Source: Raphidiopsis brookii D9 (GTDB lineage Bacteria > Cyanobacteriota > Cyanobacteriia > Cyanobacteriales > Nostocaceae). From it: DNA of 32,000 bases. The stretch covers positions 90,001 through 122,000 of the forward strand of contig ACYB01000046.1 in assembly GCA_000175855.1 (NCBI GenBank), written 5' to 3'. Under the pieces are notes generated by a model. That model ran no database searches, was not told the DNA's origin, and saw only the letters and a program-made list of their open reading frames with translations. Every line of letters begins with the position of its first letter. Positions within the stretch are counted from its first letter, which is position 1. Shown in pieces: positions 1-7,621 of this stretch. A program made the position numbers and the translations under genes.

Positions 1-1
1 G

Positions 2-1123
2 GTATTTGCTAACTCATCCGTTCCCGAAGAGCGCTTATTACGCAGCTTTAAAAATCAACTAACAATTCTGGGCGTTTCCGTACTGTTTATTTTATTGGCG
101 GCGGATTTATCTATTGCTAGTGTTTTTGCCCTGGGTTGGGGCAGTTTATTTACTGTCCTGGTATTAATGTTTGTAGTGCGTCCAATCAATATTCTTTTGT
201 GTACTTGGAATAGTGGTCTGAATTGGCGGCAAAAGTTGTTTTTAAGTTGGGTTGCTCCCAGGGGAATAGTTTCCGCCTCTGTAGCTTCATTATTTGCCAT
301 TTCCCTAACTCAACATGGGATTAATGGTGGAGATGCCATTAAGGCTTTAGTATTTCTGACTATTATTATGACTGTTTTTTGTCAGGGCTTAACAGCTTCA
401 TGGCTGGTGAAATGCCTAGGAATTACTTCAGAAAATTTAACAGGAGCCTTGATAGTTGGCTGTAATCCCCTCAGTTTGCTGATTGCTCGCTTTTTCCAGG
501 AAAGGGGAGAGAAAGTAGTAATAATTGATACTGATTCAGAATATTTAGCTCAGGCAGAGGCTCAAAATTTGCCCGTGCTTGTGAACAGTGCTTTAGATGC
601 TCAGGTTTTGGAAAATGCGGGTATTGCTAAAATCGGTACATTTATAGCAATGACTAACAATAGAGAGGTGAATTTTGTTTTGGCGCAACGAGCAGCTGAA
701 GAGTTCAATCCACCCCGAGTTTTAGCCATATTCCCCAGAGATTCTCATGGTAATGTTTCAGTTCATAGTAGAGTGAGTCAGGCTTTTGTTTCTGACCTAC
801 CAATAAAAACCTGGAATGAGTATTTGAGTGGTGGTAGGGTGAAATTGGGCAATACAACTTTAAACGAAGAAGAATTTGAAAGTCAACAGCAGCATATTCA
901 GGAAAAGATTCGCACTGGCGTACTAGTGCCTTTGTTACTGGAAAGAGAAGAAAGATTACAGGTAGTATCGGTGAATGAAACTTGGGAAGTGGGCGATCGC
1001 ATTATTTATCTGTTGTATGATTCCCGACCAAGTCTGTTAAAACTGCTCTCTGGATCCAGTCAGTCTGGGGTTTTAGCCTTAGAAACTTTACCGGAGGTGG
1101 AGGTGGACAGTTATTATTTGTAG
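2..1123 (+). CDS. Cation:proton (Na+/H+) antiporter, CPA1/NhaP-like, with a C-terminal cytosolic RCK/TrkA-N domain. The 5' end lies outside the window.
   Basis: The frame of listed ORF 95..1123 stays open back to nt 2 (VFANSSVPEERLLRSFKNQLTILG...), so the gene is cut by the window edge. Hydrophobic TM segments including 'LSWVAPRGIVSASVASLF' are followed by a Rossmann-like 'ALIVGCNPLSLLIARFFQERGEKVVIIDTD', typical of TrkA-N/RCK. Confidence 0.8.
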   Translation, partial: VFANSSVPEERLLRSFKNQLTILGVSVLFILLAADLSIASVFALGWGSLFTVLVLMFVVRPINILLCTWNSGLNWRQKLFLSWVAPRGIVSASVASLFAISLTQHGINGGDAIKALVFLTIIMTVFCQGLTASWLVKCLGITSENLTGALIVGCNPLSLLIARFFQERGEKVVIIDTDSEYLAQAEAQNLPVLVNSALDAQVLENAGIAKIGTFIAMTNNREVNFVLAQRAAEEFNPPRVLAIFPRDSHGNVSVHSRVSQAFVSDLPIKTWNEYLSGGRVKLGNTTLNEEEFESQQQHIQEKIRTGVLVPLLLEREERLQVVSVNETWEVGDRIIYLLYDSRPSLLKLLSGSSQSGVLALETLPEVEVDSYYL

Positions 1124-1295
1124 AATAGATGAAGCCACATTTGAAAAATGGGAATATAATTTAAGAAATCAAGTTTCTAGTTGGGCATGGCAGAAATGGC
1201 TGTGACTGCAAACCCCAAGTAAGTTATGTTAGTTGCCCGCCTTTCGCCTGCTGGAACTAGCTGACAGCAACTAAGTCGAGTGAACGATTCAGATT

Positions 1296-2564
1296 ATGTC
1301 TTACGTCTCCGTCCTGAAAAGCATTCCAGAAATATTAGGCCAGCCTACAGGAATAGCTGCCATAGCTTCTCTTGGTATCCATGGGGCTATTGCCTTGATT
1401 GTGCCATTAATGCCCATTGATTCCAATCACAATCAGACTGCACGAACTGATACGACGAAGGCTGTGGGACTAATGGAACTGAGTCCTGCTGACCAAAATA
1501 GACTGCCACAGTCTACTCATTCAGCCCAAATAGCCGCCCAGCTCCCCCAACTGGCCTTACAATCCCAAATTCCCTTGGGTGGTTTGAGTGTTGCTGGACA
1601 ACCCCTAGAACCTCCTGTTCAGCCAGTTTTACCCCCTCCCCTCTTACCTCCTATCCCTACGTCTTCTTCTAACTACAATCTTTCTGTATTGCCTCAAAGG
1701 CAACCGTTGCCAAGGATCCGCACCACTAGTGTGGATATCCAGGCTAGTGGTTTACGCTTCAAAAATAAATTTTCTTCCCGCTCTTCATCAGCATCTCCTT
1801 TTGTCGATAATATAGATGACCAAATTAGACTAAATCAATCTACGGTTAGTAAGTTACCACAAGTTGATAACAAAATAACCGCAGAAATACCAAGTGAGCC
1901 TTTAAATAATCCTTCCCCCACTAAGATTGATATTGACTCTACTGCAAGCACACAAGACACTGGGGGAATAGGTCAAAACCAGTCTTCAGTTACCTCTGAC
2001 TCACAGCAAAATGGAACTGGTTCCAATCCATCTTCTCCTTTGGCCACTGCAGACCAGTTAGGTGGGCCCATTGCAGTTGTTCCAGACTCTACAAAGCCAC
2101 AGGAACAAGTGCCTAGTCTGCCCAGTTCCCAACCGGAAGTACAAACTCCCGCATCCCAAGAGAATGATGCTAGAACTCGAAAAAAACAACAAATACTAGC
2201 TAGGTTGGAATCCTATAGTAAACTCAGACAAACCACTCTTAAGGAATACCCTAACTCTAAAGAACAGTCCCCAATCCGACAAAGTGTGCCTGTGAAGAAC
2301 CAGGATATGGAAGGTGTGGTTTTCGGTCGTTTGGTTGTGGATCCGGATGGCAAGGTTTTGGATATTAAGTTTCAAGACCAATCGTTGTCTCCCCAACTCC
2401 AATCTCAAACCCGGGAGTTTTTTAATGCCAATCCCCCTAAAGGTGAACAGAACATTAGTTCTTATCCTTTCCAACTCCGTTTCAAGTTGGTCAATAATAC
2501 CAGTGAGAACAGTCCTAAAACATCTTCAAATGCGGAAAACCTCCCTCCAACAACCCCAAAGTAG
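1296..2564 (+). CDS. Membrane-anchored Pro/Ser/Gln-rich protein with a TonB-C-like C-terminal domain (TonB family-like)
   Basis: ATG start. One N-terminal TM helix (GIAAIASLGIHGAIALIVPLM), then a long low-complexity proline-rich spacer (PVQPVLPPPLLPPIPT). The C-terminus 'MEGVVFGRLVVDPDGKVLDIKFQDQSLSPQLQSQTREFF' resembles the TonB C-terminal fold pattern (G-V..v..dG.v). Confidence 0.55.
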   Translation: MSYVSVLKSIPEILGQPTGIAAIASLGIHGAIALIVPLMPIDSNHNQTARTDTTKAVGLMELSPADQNRLPQSTHSAQIAAQLPQLALQSQIPLGGLSVAGQPLEPPVQPVLPPPLLPPIPTSSSNYNLSVLPQRQPLPRIRTTSVDIQASGLRFKNKFSSRSSSASPFVDNIDDQIRLNQSTVSKLPQVDNKITAEIPSEPLNNPSPTKIDIDSTASTQDTGGIGQNQSSVTSDSQQNGTGSNPSSPLATADQLGGPIAVVPDSTKPQEQVPSLPSSQPEVQTPASQENDARTRKKQQILARLESYSKLRQTTLKEYPNSKEQSPIRQSVPVKNQDMEGVVFGRLVVDPDGKVLDIKFQDQSLSPQLQSQTREFFNANPPKGEQNISSYPFQLRFKLVNNTSENSPKTSSNAENLPPTTPK

Positions 2565-2580
2565 GTAGTTGAAATGGCTT

Positions 2581-2625
2581 ATTTAGTGGAGAGTCATCAC
2601 ATCATAGTTTTGATCTCCACTAAAT
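2581..2625. terminator. Hairpin between convergent genes (12-bp perfect stem, 21-nt loop); candidate bidirectional terminator
   Basis: 'atttagtggaga' (2581-2592) is the exact reverse complement of 'tctccactaaat' (2614-2625). It sits between the stop of the TonB-like gene (2564) and the stop of petJ (2626). The loop is long and there is no clean U-tract, so strength is uncertain. Confidence 0.45.
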
Positions 2626-2982
2626 CTACCATCCTGTTTCTGCCATTTGAAAAACATAGAGACCCACCTCTAGAATTTCTTCTTTGGTTAATTTGTTTTT
2701 AAAAGCAGGCATGGCACTTTTCCCATTCTGAATTTGATTCACAATTCCTCCAATAGGGTCAGTATCATAGTTTTCTAAGTATTTTTTCATAGCTGATGTT
2801 TGTAGAGTCTTATTTTGAACAAGTATGTTACCACCCCCTACATGGCAGGAAGCACATTCGGCATTAAAAATTGCATGACCTCTACTTATTTCTGCTGATA
2901 AGACTGGTTCGATAATAAGTGTGAAGCTAAAAAATAGGGCGATCGCTAGAATTAAAACTAATAACGGTAGAGGTCTAGACAA
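2626..2982 (-). CDS. petJ: Cytochrome c6 family protein (soluble lumenal c-type cytochrome; canonical PetJ or a c6-like paralog)
   Basis: Signal peptide (MSRPLPLLVLILAIALFFSF...VLSAE), heme-binding CASCH, axial Met in 'NGKSAMPAF', about 87-aa mature size ending in GW. The start codon is TTG (2980-2982) preceded by a strong SD 'aggagg' 8 nt upstream; there is no in-frame ATG near the N-terminus. Confidence 0.8.
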   Translation of the reverse strand: MSRPLPLLVLILAIALFFSFTLIIEPVLSAEISRGHAIFNAECASCHVGGGNILVQNKTLQTSAMKKYLENYDTDPIGGIVNQIQNGKSAMPAFKNKLTKEEILEVGLYVFQMAETGW

Positions 2983-3156
2983 GAAATTTTCCTCCTAATA
3001 ATCACTATTTGATTATATGTTAATGGGATACACAAATAACGTAGTTAAACAAGGTCAAACAACGTCAATTGCTTATAATTCGCTCTCTGATTGACCTTAC
3101 TCGTAAGTTTGCTTTTAGGTTCTAGAGTCTGGGGCTTATCCATGCCCGTTTCCGCT

Positions 3157-3444
3157 TCAGTTTCTACTATAATGAATATCATCAATTACGTCATAGAGAG
3201 TTGCTTCCCATAACTTAGCAGGTAACCGGTATTTGTCTTTTAAGGTGCGTAGCTGTTTGTCAATCTCAAATTTAGAAATGCCCCAGGCTTTCAACGACCC
3301 GAACTCATTCCACAAGTCAGAGCGTAGTTTACCCAAACTCAAAGCAATCAAATCAAGTTCGTTAGATTTCCAGTTATTTAGTTTTTCAGTCCCTAAAATA
3401 GCGATTCTCGTAACGGTTAACTGATTTTTAACTTTGAGTTTCAT
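3157..3444 (-). pseudogene. tnpB: TnpB/OrfB-like (IS605/IS607 accessory RNA-guided nuclease family), N-terminal fragment of 95 aa only
   Basis: It lies immediately downstream of the tnpA fragment on the same strand. The segment 'KQLRTLKDKYRLPAKLWEATLYDVIDDIH' resembles the N-terminal region of TnpB proteins. The RuvC and Zn-finger parts are absent. The assignment rests on context plus weak motif recognition. Confidence 0.45.
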
Positions 3445-3533
3445 GGACTTGGTTTGCTACGTCTTTTATTATTATACCATTATACCCCACTCATATTGAC
3501 TACTATTTGTTTCGTGAATATTTTGCTCTTCGG

Positions 3534-3836
3534 CTATCTTTTTCTTGTAAGCCCGAAGAAAGTAAAGTTTTTCCGCTTCCAGTTCATACCACTAGCAACA
3601 TCCCTGACGACTCGGTATCCTGGGTAAGTTTTGCCTAAAAATTCTATTTGTGTGTCAAGGTCTAACAACTGGGTTTTTGTGCTGACACGGGCGTAAAGAA
3701 CCCGCTCTTTATCCAACGGATACATTCTGGATACATTCTGGATACATTCTATTTTCCCTAAGTCAGCCCATTCTACCGTTGTCTTAGGGTGATAGCCAAA
3801 TTGTTTGTAAACTTGTTCTGGGGTTAGGTATTTCAT
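3534..3836 (-). pseudogene. tnpA: IS607-type serine-recombinase transposase TnpA, N-terminal fragment (about 100 aa of about 200)
   Basis: An N-terminal MerR-like HTH segment (MKYLTPEQVYKQFGYHPKTTVEWADLGKI) is followed by the serine-recombinase catalytic signature 'VLYARVSTKTQLLDLDTQIEFL' and 'DVASGMNWKRK'. The ORF ends before the rest of the catalytic domain. Confidence 0.7.
3718..3750. repeat. Perfect tandem repeat, 11 bp x 3 (ggatacattct), inside the tnpA fragment
   Basis: Read directly: ggatacattct ggatacattct ggatacattct. The 33-bp total keeps the tnpA reading frame (encodes ...ECIQNVSRMYP...). Confidence 0.95.
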
Positions 3837-3883
3837 CTTTCGGTTAAATACGATTAACCCCAGTATACTACGTTATTTTGAGA

Positions 3884-3903
3884 TTAGAGAGTCGACTCTC
3901 TAA
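3884..3903. terminator. Perfect 20-bp palindrome (ttagagagtc|gactctctaa) between the petE stop and the IS remnant; candidate terminator or IS-boundary structure
   Basis: 10-bp arms with no spacer, 28 nt downstream of the petE stop. The U-tract (ccgttttt) is on the + strand side, so its orientation as a petE terminator is ambiguous. Confidence 0.35.
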
Positions 3904-3931
3904 CCGTTTTTAAAAACTGAAGCTATATCTT

Positions 3932-4351
3932 TTAGCTGGCAACAGTTATTTTACCCGCCATACCAGCGCCACGGTGGGGAGCACAGTAAAAGGTATAGTC
4001 ACCAGCAGGTGCATCCGCTGGAAAAGTTGTGGTCACACTTTGACGAGTATTCAACAATAATTTACTATGGGACAGGGATTTGGCTAAGGCTTTATCCTTA
4101 CCAGGGTTTTTAACGGGATCAAATACAATGTTATGGGGAGGAACTTTATTGTTAACCCATTTGATTGTGTCCCCGGGTTTAATTGTTAACTTACTGGGTT
4201 CAAATTTTAAGAGTCCTTTGTCAGTACCTAGTTTAATGGTATAGGTTTCAGCTGATGCGGTGGGGGTAAACAGGACTAAAGTGCTAACGGCTAAAACTAA
4301 AGTTAGCACAGTCAAGGTTAAACGCTTCCAATTTGCCATGATTAGTTTCAT
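3932..4351 (-). CDS. petE: Plastocyanin precursor
   Basis: Signal peptide ending ...[13 protein letters not shown]. The mature sequence is almost collinear with Anabaena/Nostoc plastocyanin ([23 protein letters not shown]...[11 protein letters not shown]...YTFYC.PHRGAGM.GKITV). The Cu ligands H, C, H and M are present. Confidence 0.95.
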   Translation of the reverse strand: MKLIMANWKRLTLTVLTLVLAVSTLVLFTPTASAETYTIKLGTDKGLLKFEPSKLTIKPGDTIKWVNNKVPPHNIVFDPVKNPGKDKALAKSLSHSKLLLNTRQSVTTTFPADAPAGDYTFYCAPHRGAGMAGKITVAS

Positions 4352-4412
4352 AATTCTCTCCCGAAATGTAGTTTTATTTTTCCAATCTCATGTTATCTAT
4401 ATTTAACACCAA

Positions 4413-4431
4413 ATATGACAGCTTGTCATAT
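4413..4431. promoter_or_regulatory. 19-bp palindrome ATATGACA-gct-TGTCATAT in the petE upstream region; candidate repressor operator
   Basis: 8-bp perfect arms with a 3-bp spacer, 62-80 nt upstream of the petE ATG. In petE orientation it is followed by 'ttggtgttAAATATAGAt', a possible -10 region, so the palindrome would cover the -35 area. The ACAnnnTGT core resembles BlaI/CopY-type boxes. Confidence 0.35.
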
Positions 4432-4656
4432 AAAAATTTATTTTCCAGGTTATTTTTTATGGATTTAGTCATCTGGAAGGATAAACGCTTTTATTTTTTA
4501 GTTCTACTTATTAAATAATTCCTAGACCAGAGTTGGTGGAGCAGCTGAGAGTTTAATCAAGTTAAACCCCCATACTCTTAGCAAATCAGGACTAGGAACT
4601 AAAAGTATTTTAAAGCAAAAATGTGTCCATTAAAGAAATCTACTAACTAGAGATGT

Positions 4657-5148
4657 TTAGTAGTATATTTTACCACCACCCCAGCGAGTACCAACGACTT
4701 TGGGTTGGATAAGAATGTAGGCTGATATCTCTTTTAAATCATCCTCTGTGAGGTTTTTCATTTCCGTAAAGATATCGGCGCTCTTGAGACCAGGATGTAT
4801 TTCCGATATATCCTCTTCACCATCGTAAGTTTTAGGTTCCTTGAGAAAGTCCACCAATCCTTCAATGTTGTCACGTGCTGGGACAGCACCCGCCAAAGCT
4901 TCTGGTTCCAGACCCACATTCTGGTTGGTTTTAGTTACACCACCAGCATGACATTGAGCACATGTGTCCTGAAATAGCCTTTTTCCTTGTTGTAACTGCT
5001 TAGAGCTAACAATTATTGTATCACCAGCTTCATTCAGTTTGACAGTTCTCGTCGCTTCATCTAACTCTACTGCGGTTGCACTACCCATAAACAGATGAAA
5101 CGACAGCAAAACAGTGGCCAAAAAGACGCTTATCAGTCTTATAAACAT
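4657..5148 (-). CDS. psbV: Photosystem II cytochrome c-550 (PsbV) precursor
   Basis: Signal peptide, 'LFQDTCAQCHAGGVTKTN' heme site, and the C-terminus 'ISAYILIQPKVVGTRWGGGKIYY' characteristic of PsbV. Confidence 0.95.
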   Translation of the reverse strand: MFIRLISVFLATVLLSFHLFMGSATAVELDEATRTVKLNEAGDTIIVSSKQLQQGKRLFQDTCAQCHAGGVTKTNQNVGLEPEALAGAVPARDNIEGLVDFLKEPKTYDGEEDISEIHPGLKSADIFTEMKNLTEDDLKEISAYILIQPKVVGTRWGGGKIYY

Positions 5149-5399
5149 ATTTCCCCTTGAAATTTGTCATGATCAAGATAGTTTAAGATAGGAGTAGTTT
5201 TTCCAAGCACAGACAAAACACGGATATTTATCTAGTACTAAAACTTTGATTCTTTAGTTTAAACTAGGGAGGCTTAGGTAAAATCTCCTCGCTATCATTA
5301 ACATCAGCATGAATCAGTTTACCATTTAGGGGATTTGAGATTTCAGATTTTTGATTTATAGCTGGTGATGGATGGGTGGGTTGTGGCTATACTTTAATT

Positions 5400-6326
5400 T
5401 TAGGTTCCAGCCAATAAAACCATATTTACTGCTATGGGCATGGGTTGGTGTAAGGATATCAGTTGGGTTAGGGTATGTTTTAACTGGGTTCGCGGAACAA
5501 TTTCATCTACAAAGCCGTGTTTTAGCAGATCCTCAGCGGTCTGAAAGTCTTCCGGGAGTTTTTCCCGCAGGGTTTGTTCAATTACCCTTCTCCCGGCAAA
5601 GCCAATGGTGGCCTTGGGTTCGGCAATAATTATATCCCCTAACATGGCAAAACTGGCAGTAACACCACCGGTGGTAGGATTGGTCAAGACGGGAATATAT
5701 AGTAAATGAGCATCCTGATGTCGCTGGAGAGCAGCTGAAATTTTGGCCATTTGCATTAAAGATAACATTCCCTCCTGCATTCTGGCACCACCAGATGTAC
5801 AAACTATTACTACGGGATAGCGTCTTTGGGTGGCTTGCTCTATTAAACGGGTTAGTTTTTCCCCCACCACTGAACCCATACTCCCTCCCATAAAACGGAA
5901 GTCCATCACTCCTAAGGCAATGGGTAAACTGTTGATTTGTCCTAATCCGGTTTTCACCGCATCCGTTAACCCGATTTTTTCCTGGGTCTCTCGCAGGCGA
6001 TCGCTATAGGGCTTGCGATCGCGAAAACCCAAAGGATCTGTGGGGCGTAAGTTTTCATCCATGGATGTCCAGGTATTGGCATCTATTAATTGTCTAATGC
6101 GTTCATCACTATGGACCCGATTATGATGACCGCATTCTGAACAAACCATTTGATTAGCTTTGAGATCTTTCGTATAGGAAAGAACTCCGCATTCAGGACA
6201 TTTGTGCCACAATCCATCGGCAATTTCTCGTTCCTGACGATCCAAATTTGTGTTCCCGGATTTACGACGATTTGCAAACCAATCTAATAAAGACTTTAAA
6301 CCGCGGGATTCTTCGTTGTTTGCCAT
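5400..6326 (-). CDS. accD: Acetyl-CoA carboxylase carboxyltransferase beta subunit
   Basis: N-terminal Zn ribbon '[26 protein letters not shown]' followed by the carboxyltransferase core '[17 protein letters not shown]...[12 protein letters not shown]'. Confidence 0.95.
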   Translation of the reverse strand: MANNEESRGLKSLLDWFANRRKSGNTNLDRQEREIADGLWHKCPECGVLSYTKDLKANQMVCSECGHHNRVHSDERIRQLIDANTWTSMDENLRPTDPLGFRDRKPYSDRLRETQEKIGLTDAVKTGLGQINSLPIALGVMDFRFMGGSMGSVVGEKLTRLIEQATQRRYPVVIVCTSGGARMQEGMLSLMQMAKISAALQRHQDAHLLYIPVLTNPTTGGVTASFAMLGDIIIAEPKATIGFAGRRVIEQTLREKLPEDFQTAEDLLKHGFVDEIVPRTQLKHTLTQLISLHQPMPIAVNMVLLAGT

Positions 6327-6425
6327 TTTTATCTTATGCTTGTTGAACTTTTATTAAGGGCTTTGATGAGGTTTTCTTTCATTTCTCATCTCCTTTAAAT
6401 TATATTACAACACATACATTTCACC

Positions 6426-6536
6426 TCAAGAGTGGGATAGTACAAAGCGCAGGTAATGATCCAGGATGATCTCACCACCAAATATAGAAATCACCGATCC
6501 CCAGGCTAAAAACGGTCCAAAGGGCATTTTTTTGTT
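6426..6536 (-). other. Orphaned 3' segment of pilD, in frame with the upstream CDS beyond the TAG
   Basis: Reading straight through TAG gives NKKMPFGPFLAWGSVISIFGGEIILDHYLRFVLSHS then TGA (6426-6428). 'MPFGPFLA.G' is the conserved last-helix motif of prepilin peptidases. Confidence 0.7.
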
Positions 6537-7253
6537 CTATTTGACCATCACAGACAATAATTGCCCACAACCTATTAACACCCCAGAAAAGCAGGCTATA
6601 AAACTAGCTACTAATAAGTATTGCCAACCCAGCCAAGCACCCATCATTGCTGCTAGTTTACCATCACCACCACCCATAACTGGTTTGCCATAAAACAAAA
6701 ATCCCAAGCTGGTAATGATGTCAAACAACCATAGGCCTAAAACCATACCACCTATTCCCCAAATTAACTGCCCAATGGCACTAGACCAGGTGTTATGTGC
6801 TACATAACCTAAGGTGGTTTGAAATATTAAACCCAATACTAGTCCTGATTTTGTTAGACTACCTGGTAGGGTCATTGTTTCCCAGTCTATTAGGGATAAA
6901 GCTAGTAACCAACTACAAAAAACCCAATAGCCAATAGTTAGCAATGAAAACTGAAACACCCAAAATACGATTAAAAATATTATTCCTGTCAACAACTCTA
7001 CTAGGGGATAACTGTAGGAAATTTTACTTTGACAATCAGCGCATTTTCCTCTTAACCATAGCCAACCTACAATGGGCAAGTTATGATATACCTTTAATGG
7101 ATTCAAGCAATGAGGACAATGGGAAGAAGGCCACAGCAATGACAATCCCCTGGGTAGTCTGTAAACCACCACATTGATGAAGCTACCAACGCATGCACCC
7201 AGTACTAAAACAATGATATTGCTAGGCACTAAATTTAGCATGATATCAATCAC
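6537..7253 (-). CDS. pilD: Prepilin peptidase / N-methyltransferase (peptidase A24, PilD), ending at an in-frame TAG before the conserved C-terminal helix (possible pseudogene)
   Basis: 'FINVVVYRLP', the paired Cys motifs 'CPHC...CADC', the first catalytic Asp in 'SLIDWETMTLP' and the second in 'GGGDGKLAAMMGAWLGW'. The stop is TAG at 6537-6539. The same frame continues into a conserved PilD C-terminus (see next entry). Confidence 0.85.
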   Translation of the reverse strand: MIDIMLNLVPSNIIVLVLGACVGSFINVVVYRLPRGLSLLWPSSHCPHCLNPLKVYHNLPIVGWLWLRGKCADCQSKISYSYPLVELLTGIIFLIVFWVFQFSLLTIGYWVFCSWLLALSLIDWETMTLPGSLTKSGLVLGLIFQTTLGYVAHNTWSSAIGQLIWGIGGMVLGLWLFDIITSLGFLFYGKPVMGGGDGKLAAMMGAWLGWQYLLVASFIACFSGVLIGCGQLLSVMVK

Positions 7254-7264
7254 TAATTACCGGT

Positions 7265-7525
7265 TTAGTAGACACAAGACTCTATTTGTTGTAAAGGTAT
7301 AAAACACTCCTGTGGTAAAAGAATCGGTTGCTGGGTAAAAATGACCTTACCCCTATAGGTTGTGCGACTAATCGCCACCCCTGATACTTGACCGATAATT
7401 TCTGGATGGACTTGAGAGTAAGTTTGATAAATTTGTCCTGCAGCTTTAATCACGGCGGGATCGATCAAAGCAGTTTGGTTGGGTTGGACACTGAAACTAT
7501 TGAGATCTGGTTGTGAAAGGTACAC
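7265..7525 (-). CDS. Hypothetical protein (86 aa), GTG start
   Basis: The ORF occupies the whole leuB-pilD gap on the same strand, 11 nt upstream of pilD. It has no recognisable motif, its only possible start is GTG, and it has no internal Met. Confidence 0.35.
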   Translation of the reverse strand: MYLSQPDLNSFSVQPNQTALIDPAVIKAAGQIYQTYSQVHPEIIGQVSGVAISRTTYRGKVIFTQQPILLPQECFIPLQQIESCVY

Positions 7526-7621
7526 TGGAACCCTTTGGTTATTATATAGATGGAATAGATGGAGTTAGATTAGCAAATAATGCTAACTTTTTCCTCCTGG
7601 ACTATCTAACTTATAGACCAT

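Larger units (their letters stand above)
3157..3836 (-). mobile_element. Decayed IS607-family (IS200/IS605 superfamily) insertion-sequence remnant: truncated tnpA plus truncated tnpB
   Basis: Two adjacent same-strand ORF fragments with transposase-like sequences (see the next two entries). Each is much shorter than a full-length protein. The true element ends cannot be defined from a single copy. Confidence 0.6.

Noticed and set aside
55-300. 81-aa minus-strand ORF at the window start
   Set aside because: It lies entirely antisense to the clearly recognisable antiporter CDS and has no motif. It is a shadow ORF.
2196-2568. ORFs 2196..2474 (-) and 2314..2568 (+) overlapping the TonB-like gene
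   Set aside because: These are alternative-frame or antisense shadows within a longer ORF, with low-complexity translations.
3233-3424. 63-aa plus-strand ORF inside the tnpB fragment
   Set aside because: It is antisense to the transposase-like frame and I see no recognisable motif.
5255-5266. 12-bp palindrome TAGTTTAAACTA about 110 nt upstream of psbV
   Set aside because: It is short and entirely AT-rich apart from one G/C pair. Such palindromes are expected by chance in AT-rich spacers, and it has no positional link to a promoter element.
4795-7177. Listed ORFs 4795..4977, 5372..5629, 5578..5802, 6086..6277, 6466..6693 and 6944..7177
   Set aside because: All overlap psbV, accD or pilD in other frames or strands. 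ORF 6466..6693 is the antisense shadow of the pilD 3' region, whose real signal is the in-frame continuation on the minus strand.
7546-7563. 9-bp x2 tandem repeat (atagatgga atagatgga) between leuB and the 86-aa ORF
   Set aside because: There are only two copies, with no obvious function. It is probably simple slippage.
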